Below, piece by piece: positions 14,001 through 28,500 of a stretch of DNA of 64,000 bases (position 1 is its first letter; every line of letters starts with the position of its first letter). Origin of the DNA: Eledone cirrhosa (Eukaryota); contig OZ024744.1 in NCBI GenBank assembly GCA_964016885.1, positions 110,484,001-110,548,000 on the forward strand, given 5' to 3'. The position numbers and the translations under genes were made by a program. Below the pieces are notes generated by a model. The model had not been told where the DNA came from. It saw nothing but the letters and a program-made list of their open reading frames with translations, and did no database searches.

Positions 14001-15970
14001 CTCTGAACACAGTAAAACTATATAATCCACTATTGCTTACCTTGCCCTGAACACAGTTAAACTACACAATCCACTATAACTTACCTTGCTCTGAACACAG
14101 TAAAACTACACAACCCACTATAACTTACCTTGCCCTGAACACAGTAAAACTACACAATCCACTATAATTTACCTTGACCTGACCAGAGTAAAACTACACA
14201 ACCCACTATAACTTACCTTGCCCTGAACACAGTAAAACTACACAACCCACTATAACTTACCTTGCTCTGAACAGAGTAAAACTACACAATCCACTATAAC
14301 TTACCTTGCCCTGAACACAGTAAAACTACACAATCCACTATAACTTACCTTCCCTGAACGCAGTAAAACTACACAATCCACAATAACTTACCTTGCCCTG
14401 AACACAGTAAAACTACACAATCCACTATAACTCACCTTCCCCTGAACACAGTAAAACTACATAATCCACTATAACTTACCATGCCCTGAACACAGTAAAA
14501 CTACACAATCCACTATAAATTACCTTGCTCTGAACAGAGTAAAACTAGATAATCCACTATAACTTACCTTGCCCTGAACACAGTAAAACTATATAATCCA
14601 CTATTGCTTACCTTGCCCTGAACACAGTTAAACTACACAATCCACTATAACTTACCTTGCCCTGAACACAGTAAAACTACACAATCCACTATAACTAACC
14701 TTGCTCTGAACACAGTAAAACTACACAATCCACTATAACTTACCTTGCCCTGAACACAGTAAAACTACACAATCCACTATAACTTACCTTGACCTGAACA
14801 GAGTAAAACTACACAATCCACTATAACTTACCTTGCCCTGAACACAGTAAATCTACACAATCCACTATAACTCACCTTCCCCTGAACACAGTAAAACTAC
14901 ATAATCCACTATAACTTACCTTGCTCTGAACACAGTAAAACTATATAATCCACTATTGCTTACCTTGCCCTGAACACAGTAAAACTACACAATCCACTTT
15001 AACTTACCTTGCTCTGAACACAGTAAAACTACATAATGCACTATAACTTACCTTGCCCTGAACACAGTAAAACTAACACAATCCACTATAACTTACCTTG
15101 CCTGAACACAGTAAAACTACACAATCCACTATAACTTACCTTGACCTGACCAGAGTAAAACTACACAACCCACTATAACTTACCTTGACTGAAGAGAGTA
15201 AAACTACACAATCCACTATAACTTACCTTGCCCTGAACACAGTAAAACTACACAATCCACTATAACTTACCTTGCTCTGAACACAGTAAAACTACACAAT
15301 CCACTATAACTTACCTTGACCTGACCAGAGTAAAACTACACAACCCACTATAACTTACCTTGCCCTGAACACAGTAAAACTACACAACCCACTATAACTT
15401 ACCTTGCTCTGAACACAGTAAAACTACACAATCCACTATAACTTACCTTGCCCTGAACACAGTAAAACTACACAATCCACTATTACTTACCTTCCCTGAA
15501 CGCAGTAAAACTACACAATCCACAAAAACTTACCTTGCCCTGAACACAGTAAAACTACACAATCCACTATAACTCACCTTCCCCTGAACACAGTAAAACT
15601 ACATAATCCACTATAACTTACCATGCCCTGAACACAGTAAAACTACACAATCCACTATAAATTACCTTGCTCTGAACAGAGTAAAACTAGATAATCCACT
15701 ATAACTTACCTTGCCCTGAACACAGTAAAACTACACAATCCACTATAACTTACCTTGCCCTGAACACAGTAATACTACATAATCCACTATAACTCACCTT
15801 CCCCTGAATACAGTAAAACTACATAATCCACTATAACTTACCATGCCCTGAACACAGTAAAACTACACAATCCACTATAACTCACCTTCCCCTGAACACA
15901 GTAAAACTACATAATCCACTATAACTTACCTTGCTCTGAACACATTAAAACTATATAATCCACTATTGCT
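11050..15970. repeat. Higher-order tandem duplication of 2,461 bp (56 monomers), 2 near-identical copies
   Basis: Rare variant gactgaagagag at 12726/15187 and cacagttaaa at 11591/14052, both offset 2461. Confidence 0.88.
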
Positions 15971-18900
15971 TACCTTGCCCTGAACACAGTAAAACTACAC
16001 AATCCACTATAACTCACCTTCCCCTGAACACAGTAAAACTACATAATCCACTATAACTTACCTTGCTCTGAACATAGTAAAACTTTATAATCCACTATTG
16101 CTTACCTTGCCCTGAACACAGTAAAACTACACAATCCACTATAACTTACCTTGCCCTGAACACAGTAAAACTACACAATCCACTATAACTAACCTTGCTC
16201 TGAATACAGTAAAACTACACAATCCACTATAACTTACCTTGCCCTGAACACAGTAAAACTACACAATCCACTATAACTTACCTTGACCTGAACAGAGTAA
16301 AACTACACAATCCACTATAACTTACCTTGCCCTGAACACAGTAAAACTACACAATCCACTATAACTCACCTTCCCCTGAACACAGTAAAACTACATAATC
16401 CACTATAACTTACCTTGCTCTGAACACAGTAAAACTATATAATCCACTATTGCTTACCTTGACCTGAACACAGTAAAACTACACAATCCACTTTAACTTA
16501 CCTTGCTCTGAACACAGTAAAACTACATAATGCACTATAACTTACCTTGCCCTGAACACAGTAAAACTAACACAATCCACTATAACTTACCTTGCCTGAA
16601 CACAGTAAAATAACACAATCCACTATAAATTACGTTGCCCTGAACACACTAAAACTACACAATTTTCTATAATTTACCTTGCCCTGAACACAGTAAAACT
16701 ACACAATCCACTATAACTTACCTTGCTCTGAACACAGTAAAACTACACAATCCATTATAACTTACCTTGCCCTGAACACAGTAAAACTACACAATCCACT
16801 ATAACTTACCTTGACCTGACCAGAGTAAAACTACAAAACCCACTATAACTTACCTTGACCTGAACAGAGTAAAACTACACAATCCACTATAACTTACCTT
16901 GCCCTGAACACAGTAAAACTACACAATCCACTATAAGTTACCTTGCTCTGAACACAGTAAAACTACACAATCCACTATAACTTACCTTGACCTGACCAGA
17001 GTAAAACTACACAACCCACTATAACTTACCTTGCCCTGAACACAGTAAAACTACACAATCCACTATAACTTACCTTGCTCTGAACACAGTAAAACTACAC
17101 AATCCACTATAACTTACCTTGCTCTGAACACAGTAAAACTACACAATCCACTATAACTTACCTTGCCCTGAACACAGTAAAACTACACAATCCACTATAA
17201 CTTACCTTCCCTGAACGCAGTAAAACTACACAATCCACAATAACTTACCTTGCCCTGAACACAGTAAAACTACACAATCCACTATAACTCACCTTCGCCT
17301 GAACACAGTAAAACTACATAATCCACTATAACTTACCATGCCCTGAACACAGTAAAACTACACAATCCACTATAAATTACCTTGCTCTGAACAGAGTAAA
17401 ACTAGATAATCCACTATAACTTACCTTGCCCTGAACACAGTAAAACTACACAATCCACTATAACTTACCTTGCCCTGAACACAGTAAAACTACATAATCC
17501 ACTATAACTCACCTTCCCCTGAATACAGTAAAACTACATAATCCACTATAACTTACCATGCCCTGAACACAGTAAAACTACACAATCCACTATAACTCAC
17601 CTTCCCCTGAACACAGTAAAACTACATAATCCACTATAACTTACCTTGCTCTGAACACAGTAAAACTATATAATCCACTATTGCTTACCTTGCCCTGAAC
17701 ACAGTAAAACTACACAATCCACTATAACTCACCTTCCCCTGAACACAGTAAAACTACATAATCCACTATAACTTACCTTGCTCTGAACATAGTAAAACTA
17801 TATAATCCACTATTGCTTACCTTGCCCTGAACACACTAAAACTATATAATCCACTATTGCTTACCTTGCCCTGAACACAGTAAAACTACACAATCCACTA
17901 TAACTCACCTTCCTCTGAACACAGTAAAACTACATAATCCACTATAACTTACCTTGCTCTGAACATAGTAAAACTATATAATCCACTATTGCTTACCTTG
18001 CCCTGAACACAGTAAAACTACACAATCCACTATAACTTACCTTGACCTGACCAGAGTAAAACTACACAACCCACTATAACTTACCTTGCCCTGAACACAG
18101 TAAAACTACACAATCCACTATAACTTACCTTGCTCTGAACACAGTAAAACTACACAATCCACTATAACTTACCTTGCTCTGAACACAGTAAAACTACACA
18201 ATCCACTATAACTTACCTTCCCTGAACGCAGTAAAACTACACAATCCACAATAACTTACCTTGCCCTGAACACAGTAAAACTACACAATCCACTATAACT
18301 CACCTTCCCCTGAACACAGTAAAACTACATAATCCACTATAACTTACCATGCCCTGAACACAGTAAAACTACACAATCCACTATAAATTACCTTGCTCTG
18401 AACAGAGTAAAACTAGATAATCCACTATAACTTACCTTGCCCTGAACACAGTAAAACTACACAATCCACTATAACTTACCTTGCCCTGAACACAGTAAAA
18501 CTACATAATCCACTATAACTCACCTTCCCCTGAATACAGTAAAACTACATAATCCACTATAACTTACCTTGCCCTGAACACAGTAAAACTACACAATCCA
18601 CTATAACTTACCTTGCTCTGAACACAGTAAAACTACACAATCCACTATAACTTACCTTGACCTGACCAGAGTAAAACTACACAACCCACTATAACTTACC
18701 TTGCCCTGAACACAGTAAAACTACACAATCCACTATAACTTACCTTGCTCTGAACACAGTAAAACTACACAATCCACTATAACTTACCTTGCTCTGAACA
18801 CAGTAAAACTACACAATCCACTATAACTTACCTTGCCCTGAACACAGTAAAACTACACAATCCACTATAACTTACCTTCCCTGAACGCAGTAAAACTACA

Positions 18901-21900
18901 CAATCCACAATAACTTACCTTGCCCTGAACACAGTAAAACTACACAATCCACTATAACTCACCTTCGCCTGAACACAGTAAAACTACATAATCCACTATA
19001 ACTTACCATGCCCTGAACACAGTAAAACTACACAATCCACTATAAATTACCTTGCTCTGAACAGAGTAAAACTAGATAATCCACTATAACTTACCATGCC
19101 CTGAACACAGTAAAACTACACAATCCACTATAACTTACCTTGCCCTGAACACAGTAAAACTACATAATCCACTATAACTCACCTTCCCCTGAATACAGTA
19201 AAACTACATAATCCACTATAACTTACCATGCCCTGAACACAGTAAAACTACACAATCCACTATAACTCACCTTCCCCTGAACACAGTAAAACTACATAAT
19301 CCACTATAACTTACCTTGCTCTGAACACAGTAAAACTATATAATCCACTATTGCTTACCTTGCCCTGAACACAGTAAAACTACACAATCCACTATAACTC
19401 ACCTTCCCCTGAACACAGTAAAACTACATAATCCACTATAACTTACCTTGCTCTGAACATAGTAAAACTATATAATCCACTATTGCTTACCTTGCCCTGA
19501 ACACAGTAAAACTACACAATCCACTATAACTTACCTTGACCTGACCAGAGTAAAACTACACAACCCACTATAACTTACCTTGCCCTGAACACAGTAAAAC
19601 TACACAATCCACTATAACTTACCTTGCTCTGAACACAGTAAAACTACACAATCCACTATAACTTACCTTGCCCTGAACACAGTAAAACTACACAATCCAC
19701 TATAACTTACCTTCCCTGAACGCAGTAAAACTACACAATCCACAATAACTTACCTTGCCCTGAACACAGTAAAACTACACAATCCACTATAACTCACCTT
19801 CCCCTGAACACAGTAAAACTACATAATCCACTATAACTTACCATGCCCTGAACACAGTAAAACTACACAATCCACTATAAATTACCTTGCTCTGAACAGA
19901 GTAAAACTAGATAATCCACTATAACTTACCTTGCCCTGAACACAGTAAAACTACACAATCCACTATAACTTACCTTGCCCTGAACACAGTAAAACTACAT
20001 AATCCACTATAACTCACCTTCCCCTGAATACAGTAAAACTACATAATCCACTATAACTTACCATGCCCTGAACACAGTAAAACTACACAATCCACTATAA
20101 CTCACCTTCCCCTGAACACAGTAAAACTACATAATCCACTATAACTTACCTTGCTCTGAACACAGTAAAACTATATAATCCACTATTGCTTACCTTGCCC
20201 TGAACACAGTAAAACTACACAATCCACTATAACTCACCTTCCCCTGAACACAGTAAAACTACATAATCCACTATAACTTACCTTGCTCTGAACATAGTAA
20301 AACTTTATAATCCACTATTGCTTACCTTGCCCTGAACACAGTAAAACTACACAATCCACTATAACTTACCTTGCCCTGAACACAGTAAAACTACACAATC
20401 CACTATAACTAACCTTGCTCTGAATACAGTAAAACTACACAATCCACTATAACTTACCTTGCCCTGAACACAGTAAAACTACACAATCCACTATAACTTA
20501 CCTTGACCTGAACAGAGTAAAACTACACAATCCACTATAACTTACCTTGCCCTGAACACAGTAAAACTACACAATCCACTATAACTCACCTTCCCCTGAA
20601 CACAGTAAAACTACATAATCCACTATAACTTACCTTGCTCTGAACACAGTAAAACTATATAATCCACTATTGCTTACCTTGCCCTGAACACAGTAAAACT
20701 ACACAATCCACTTTAACTTACCTTGCTCTGAACACAGTAAAACTACATAATGCACTATAACTTACCTTGCCCTGAACACAGTAAAACTAACACAATCCAC
20801 TATAACTTACCTTGCCTGAACACAGTAAAACAACACAATCCACTATAAATTACGTTGCCCTGAACACACTAAAACTACACAATTTTCTATAATTTACCTT
20901 GCCCTGAACACAGTAAAACTACACAATCCACTATAACTTACCTTGCTCTGAACACAGTAAAACTACACAATCCATTATAACTTACCTTGCCCTGAACACA
21001 GTAAAACTACACAATCCACTATAACTTACCTTGACCTGACCAGAGTAAAACTACAAAACCCACTATAACTTACCTTGACCTGAACAGAGTAAAACTACAC
21101 AATCCACTATAACTTACCTTGCCCTGAACACAGTAAAACTACACAATCCACTATAACTTACCTTGCTCTGAACACAGTAAAACTACACAATCCACTATAA
21201 CTTACCTTGACCTGACCAGAGTAAAACTACACAACCCACTATAACTTACCTTGCCCTGAACACAGTAAAACTACACAATCCACTATAACTTACCTTGCTC
21301 TGAACACAGTAAAACTACACAATCCACTATAACTTACCTTGCTCTGAACACAGTAAAACTACACAATCCACTATAACTTACCTTGCCCTGAACACAGTAA
21401 AACTACACAATCCACTATAACTTACCTTCCCTGAACGCAGTAAAACTACACAATCCACAATAACTTACCTTGCCCTGAACACAGTAAAACTACACAATCC
21501 ACTATAACTCACCTTCGCCTGAACACAGTAAAACTACATAATCCACTATAACTTACCATGCCCTGAACACAGTAAAACTACACAATCCACTATAAATTAC
21601 CTTGCTCTGAACAGAGTAAAACTAGATAATCCACTATAACTTACCTTGCCCTGAACACAGTAAAACTACACAATCCACTATAACTTACCTTGCCCTGAAC
21701 ACAGTAAAACTACATAATCCACTATAACTCACCTTCCCCTGAATACAGTAAAACTACATAATCCACTATAACTTACCATGCCCTGAACACAGTAAAACTA
21801 CACAATCCACTATAACTCACCTTCCCCTGAACACAGTAAAACTACATAATCCACTATAACTTACCTTGCTCTGAACACAGTAAAACTATATAATCCACTA

Positions 21901-24900
21901 TTGCTTACCTTGCCCTGAACACAGTAAAACTACACAATCCACTATAACTCACCTTCCCCTGAACACAGTAAAACTACATAATCCACTATAACTTACCTTG
22001 CTCTGAACATAGTAAAACTATATAATCCACTATTGCTTACCTTGCCCTGAACACAGTAAAACTACACAATCCACTATAACTTACCTTGACCTGACCAGAG
22101 TAAAACTACACAACCCACTATAACTTACCTTGCCCTGAACACAGTAAAACTACACAATCCACTATAACTTACCTTGCTCTGAACACAGTAAAACTACACA
22201 ATCCACTATAACTTACCTTGCCCTGAACACAGTAAAACTACACAATCCACTATAACTTACCTTCCCTGAACGCAGTAAAACTACACAATCCACAATAACT
22301 TACCTTGCCCTGAACACAGTAAAACTACACAATCCACTATAACTCACCTTCCCCTGAACACAGTAAAACTACATAATCCACTATAACTTACCATGCCCTG
22401 AACACAGTAAAACTACACAATCCACTATAAATTACCTTGCTCTGAACAGAGTAAAACTAGATAATCCACTATAACTTACCTTGCCCTGAACACAGTAAAA
22501 CTACACAATCCACTATAACTTACCTTGCCCTGAACACAGTAAAACTACATAATCCACTATAACTCACCTTCCCCTGAATACAGTAAAACTACATAATCCA
22601 CTATAACTTACCTTGCCCTGAACACAGTAAAACTACACAATCCACTATAACTTACCTTGCTCTGAACACAGTAAAACTACACAATCCACTATAACTTACC
22701 TTGACCTGACCAGAGTAAAACTACACAACCCACTATAACTTACCTTGCCCTGAACACAGTAAAACTACACAATCCACTATAACTTACCTTGCTCTGAACA
22801 CAGTAAAACTACACAATCCACTATAACTTACCTTGCTCTGAACACAGTAAAACTACACAATCCACTATAACTTACCTTGCCCTGAACACAGTAAAACTAC
22901 ACAATCCACTATAACTTACCTTGCCCTGAACACAGTAAAACTACACAATCCACTATAACTTACCTTGATCTGAACACAGTAAAACTACACAATCCACTAT
23001 AACTTACCTTCCCTGAACGCAGTAAAACTACACAATCCACTATAACTCACCTTCGCCTGAACACAGTAAAACTACATAATCCACTATAACTTACCATGCC
23101 CTGAACACAGTAAAACTACACAATCCACTATAAATTACCTTGCTCTGAACAGAGTAAAACTAGATAATCCACTATAACTTACCTTGCCCTGAACACAGTA
23201 AAACTACACAATCCACTATAACTTACCTTGCCCTGAACACAGTAAAACTACATAATCCACTATAACTCACCTTCCCCTGAATACAGTAAAACTACATAAT
23301 CCACTATAACTTACCATGCCCTGAACACAGTAAAACTACACAATCCACTATAACTCACCTTCCCCTGAACACAGTAAAACTACATAATCCACTATAACTT
23401 ACCTTGCTCTGAACACAGTAAAACTATATAATCCACTATTGCTTACCTTGCCCTGAACACAGTAAAACTACACAATCCACTATAACTCACCTTCCCCTGA
23501 ACACAGTAAAACTACATAATCCACTATAACTTACCTTGCTCTGAACATAGTAAAACTATATAATCCACTATTGCTTACCTTGCCCTGAACACAGTAAAAC
23601 TACACAATCCACTATAACTTACCTTGACCTGACCAGAGTAAAACTACACAACCCACTATAACTTACCTTGCCCTGAACACAGTAAAACTACACAATCCAC
23701 TATAACTTACCTTGCTCTGAACACAGTAAAACTACACAATCCACTATAACTTACCTTGCCCTGAACACAGTAAAACTACACAATCCACTATAACTTACCT
23801 TCCCTGAACGCAGTAAAACTACACAATCCACAATAACTTACCTTGCCCTGAACACAGTAAAACTACACAATCCACTATAACTCACCTTCCCCTGAACACA
23901 GTAAAACTACATAATCCACTATAACTTACCATGCCCTGAACACAGTAAAACTACACAATCCACTATAAATTACCTTGCTCTGAACAGAGTAAAACTAGAT
24001 AATCCACTATAACTTACCTTGCCCTGAACACAGTAAAACTACACAATCCACTATAACTTACCTTGCCCTGAACACAGTAAAACTACATAATCCACTATAA
24101 CTCACCTTCCCCTGAATACAGTAAAACTACATAATCCACTATAACTTACCATGCCCTGAACACAGTAAAACTACACAATCCACTATAACTCACCTTCCCC
24201 TGAACACAGTAAAACTACATAATCCACTATAACTTACCTTGCTCTGAACACAGTAAAACTATATAATCCACTATTGCTTACCTTGCCCTGAACACAGTAA
24301 AACTACACAATCCACTATAACTCAGCTTCCCCTGAACACAGTAAAACTACATAATCCACTATAACTTACCTTGCTCTGAACATAGTAAAACTTTATAATC
24401 CACTATTGCTTACCTTGCCCTGAACACAGTAAAACTACACAATCCACTATAACTTACCTTGCCCTGAACACAGTAAAACTACACAATCCACTATAACTAA
24501 CCTTGCTCTGAATACAGTAAAACTACACAATCCACTATAACTTACCTTGCCCTGAACACAGTAAAACTACACAATCCACTATAACTTACCTTGACCTGAA
24601 CAGAGTAAAACTACACAATCCACTATAACTTACCTTGCCCTGAACACAGTAAAACTACACAATCCACTATAACTCACCTTCCCCTGAACACAGTAAAACT
24701 ACATAATCCACTATAACTTACCTTGCTCTGAACACAGTAAAACTATATAATCCACTATTGCTTACCTTGCCCTGAACACAGTAAAACTACACAATCCACT
24801 TTAACTTACCTTGCTCTGAACACAGTAAAACTACATAATGCACTATAACTTACCTTGCCCTGAACACAGTAAAACTAACACAATCCACTATAACTTACCT

Positions 24901-27900
24901 TGCCTGAACACAGTAAAACAACACAATCCACTATAAATTACGTTGCCCTGAACACACTAAAACTACACAATTTTCTATAATTTACCTTGCCCTGAACACA
25001 GTAAAACTACACAATCCACTATAACTTACCTTGCTCTGAACACAGTAAAACTACACAATCCATTATAACTTACCTTGCCCTGAACACAGTAAAACTACAC
25101 AATCCACTATAACTTACCTTGACCTGACCAGAGTAAAACTACAAAACCCACTATAACTTACCTTGACCTGAACAGAGTAAAACTACACAATCCACTATAA
25201 CTTACCTTGCCCTGAACACAGTAAAACTACACAATCCACTATAACTTACCTTGCTCTGAACACAGTAAAACTACACAATCCACTATAACTTACCTTGACC
25301 TGACCAGAGTAAAACTACACAACCCACTATAACTTACCTTGCCCTGAACACAGTAAAACTACACAATCCACTATAACTTACCTTGCTCTGAACACAGTAA
25401 AACTACACAATCCACTATAACTTACCTTGCTCTGAACACAGTAAAACTACACAATCCACTATAACTTACCTTGCCCTGAACACAGTAAAACTACACAATC
25501 CACTATAACTTACCTTCCCTGAACGCAGTAAAACTACACAATCCACAATAACTTACCTTGCCCTGAACACAGTAAAACTACACAATCCACTATAACTCAC
25601 CTTCCCCTGAACACAGTAAAACTACATAATCCACTATAACTTACCATGCCCTGAACACAGTAAAACTACACAATCCACTATAAATTACCTTGCTCTGAAC
25701 AGAGTAAAACTAGATAATCCACTATAACTTACCTTGCCCTGAACACAGTAAAACTACACAATCCACTATAACTTACCTTGCCCTGAACACAGTAAAACTA
25801 CATAATCCACTATAACTCACCTTCCCCTGAATACAGTAAAACTACATAATCCACTATAACTTACCATGCCCTGAACACAGTAAAACTACACAATCCACTA
25901 TAACTCACCTTCCCCTGAACACAGTAAAACTACATAATCCACTATAACTTACCTTGCTCTGAACACAGTAAAACTATATAATCCACTATTGCTTACCTTG
26001 CCCTGAACACAGTAAAACTACACAATCCACTATAACTCACCTTCCCCTGAACACAGTAAAACTACATAATCCACTATAACTTACCTTGCTCTGAACATAG
26101 TAAAACTATATAATCCACTATTGCTTACCTTGCCCTGAACACAGTAAAACTACACAATCCACTATAACTTACCTTGCCCTGAACACAGTAAAACTACACA
26201 ATCCACTATAACTAACCTTGCTCTGAATACAGTAAAACTACACAATCCACTATAACTTACCTTGCCCTGAACACAGTAAAACTACACAATCCACTATAAC
26301 TTACCTTGACCTGAACAGAGTAAAACTACACAATCCACTATAACTTACCTTGCCCTGAACACAGTAAAACTACACAATCCACTATAACTCACCTTCCCCT
26401 GAACTCAGTAAAACTACATAATCCACTATAACTTACCTTGCTCTGAACACAGTAAAACTATATAATCCACTATTGCTTACCTTGCCCTGAACACAGTAAA
26501 ACTACACAATCCACTTTAACTTACCTTGCTCTGAACACAGTAAAACTACATAATGCACTATAACTTACCTTGCCCTGAACACAGTAAAACTAACACAATC
26601 CACTATAACTTACCTTGCCTGAACACAGTAAAACAACACAATCCACTATAAATTACGTTGCCCTGAACACACTAAAACTACACAATTTTCTATAATTTAC
26701 CTTGCCCTGAACACAGTAAAACTACACAATCCACTATAACTTACCTTGCTCTGAACACAGTAAAACTACACAATCCATTATAACTTACCTTGCCCTGAAC
26801 ACAGTAAAACTACACAATCCACTATAACTTACCTTGACCTGACCAGAGTAAAACTACAAAACCCACTATAACTTACCTTGACCTGAACAGAGTAAAACTA
26901 CACAATCCACTATAACTTACCTTGCCCTGAACACAGTAAAACTACACAATCCACTATAACTTACCTTGCTCTGAACACAGTAAAACTACACAATCCACTA
27001 TAACTTACCTTGACCTGACCAGAGTAAAACTACACAACCCACTATAACTTACCTTGCCCTGAACACAGTAAAACTACACAATCCACTATAACTTACCTTG
27101 CTCTGAACACAGTAAAACTACACAATCCACTATAACTTACCTTGCCCTGAACACAGTAAACTACACAATCCACTATAACTTACCTTCCCTGAACGCAGTA
27201 AAACTACACAATCCACAATAACTTACCTTGCCCTGAACACATTAAAACTACACAATCCACTATAACTCACCTTCCCCTGAACACAGTAAAACTACATAAT
27301 CCACTATAACTTACCATGCCCTGAACACAGTAAAACTACACAATCCACTATAAATTAACTTGCTCTGAACAGAGTAAAACTAGATAATTCACTATAACTT
27401 ACCTTGCCCTGAACACCGTAAAACTACACAATCCACTATAACTTACCTTGCCCTGAACACAGTAAAACTACATAATCCACTATAACTCACCTTCCCCTGA
27501 ACACAGTAAAACTACATAATCCACTATAACTTACCATGCCCTGAACACAGTAAAACTACACAATCCACTATAACTCACCTTCCCCTGAACACAGTAAAAC
27601 TACATAATCCACTATAACTTACCTTGCTCTGAACACAGTAAAACTATATAATCCACTATTGCTTACCTTGCCCTGAACACAGTAAAACTACACAATCCAC
27701 TATAACTCACCTTCCCCTGAACACAGTCAAACTACATAATCCACTATAACTTACCTTGCTCTGAACACAGTAAAACTATATAATCCACTATTGCTTACCT
27801 TGCCCTGAACATAGTAAAACTACACAATCCACTATAACTTACCTTGCCCTGAACACAGTAAAACTACACGATCCACTATAACTTACCTTGCCCTGAACAC

Positions 27901-28500
27901 AGTAAAACTACACAATCCACTATAACTAACCTTGCTCTGAACACAGTAAAACTACACAATCCACTATAACTTACCTTGCCCTGAACACAGTAAAACTACA
28001 CAATCCACTATAACTTACCTTGACCTGAACAGAGTAAAACTACACAATTCACTATAACTTACCTTGCCCTGAACACAGTAAAACTACACTATCCACTATA
28101 ACTCACCTTCCCCTGAACACAGTAAAACTACATAATCCACTATAACTTACCTTGCTCTGAACACAGTAAAACTATATAATCCACTATTGCTTACCTTGCC
28201 CTGAACACAGTAAAACTACATAATCCACTTTAACTTACCTTGCTCTGAACACAGTAAAACTACATAATGCACTATAACTTACCTTGCCCTGAACACAGTA
28301 AAACTAACACAATCCACTATAACTTACCTTGCCTGAACACAGTAAAACAACACAATCCACTATAAATTACGTTGCCCTGAACACACTAAAACTACACAAT
28401 TTTCTATAATTTACCTTGCCCTGAACACAGTAAAACTACACAATCCACTATAACTTACCTTGCTCTGAACACAGTAAAACTACACAATCCACTATAACTT
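15970..28500. repeat. Higher-order domain with a ~1.715-kb (39-monomer) core unit: two internally expanded copies (4,220 and 4,088 bp) followed by two simple copies
   Basis: Marker aattttctat at 16661, 20881, 24969, 26684 and 28398 (spacings 4220, 4088, 1715, 1714). Marker aactttataa at 16081, 20301 and 24389. Confidence 0.8.
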
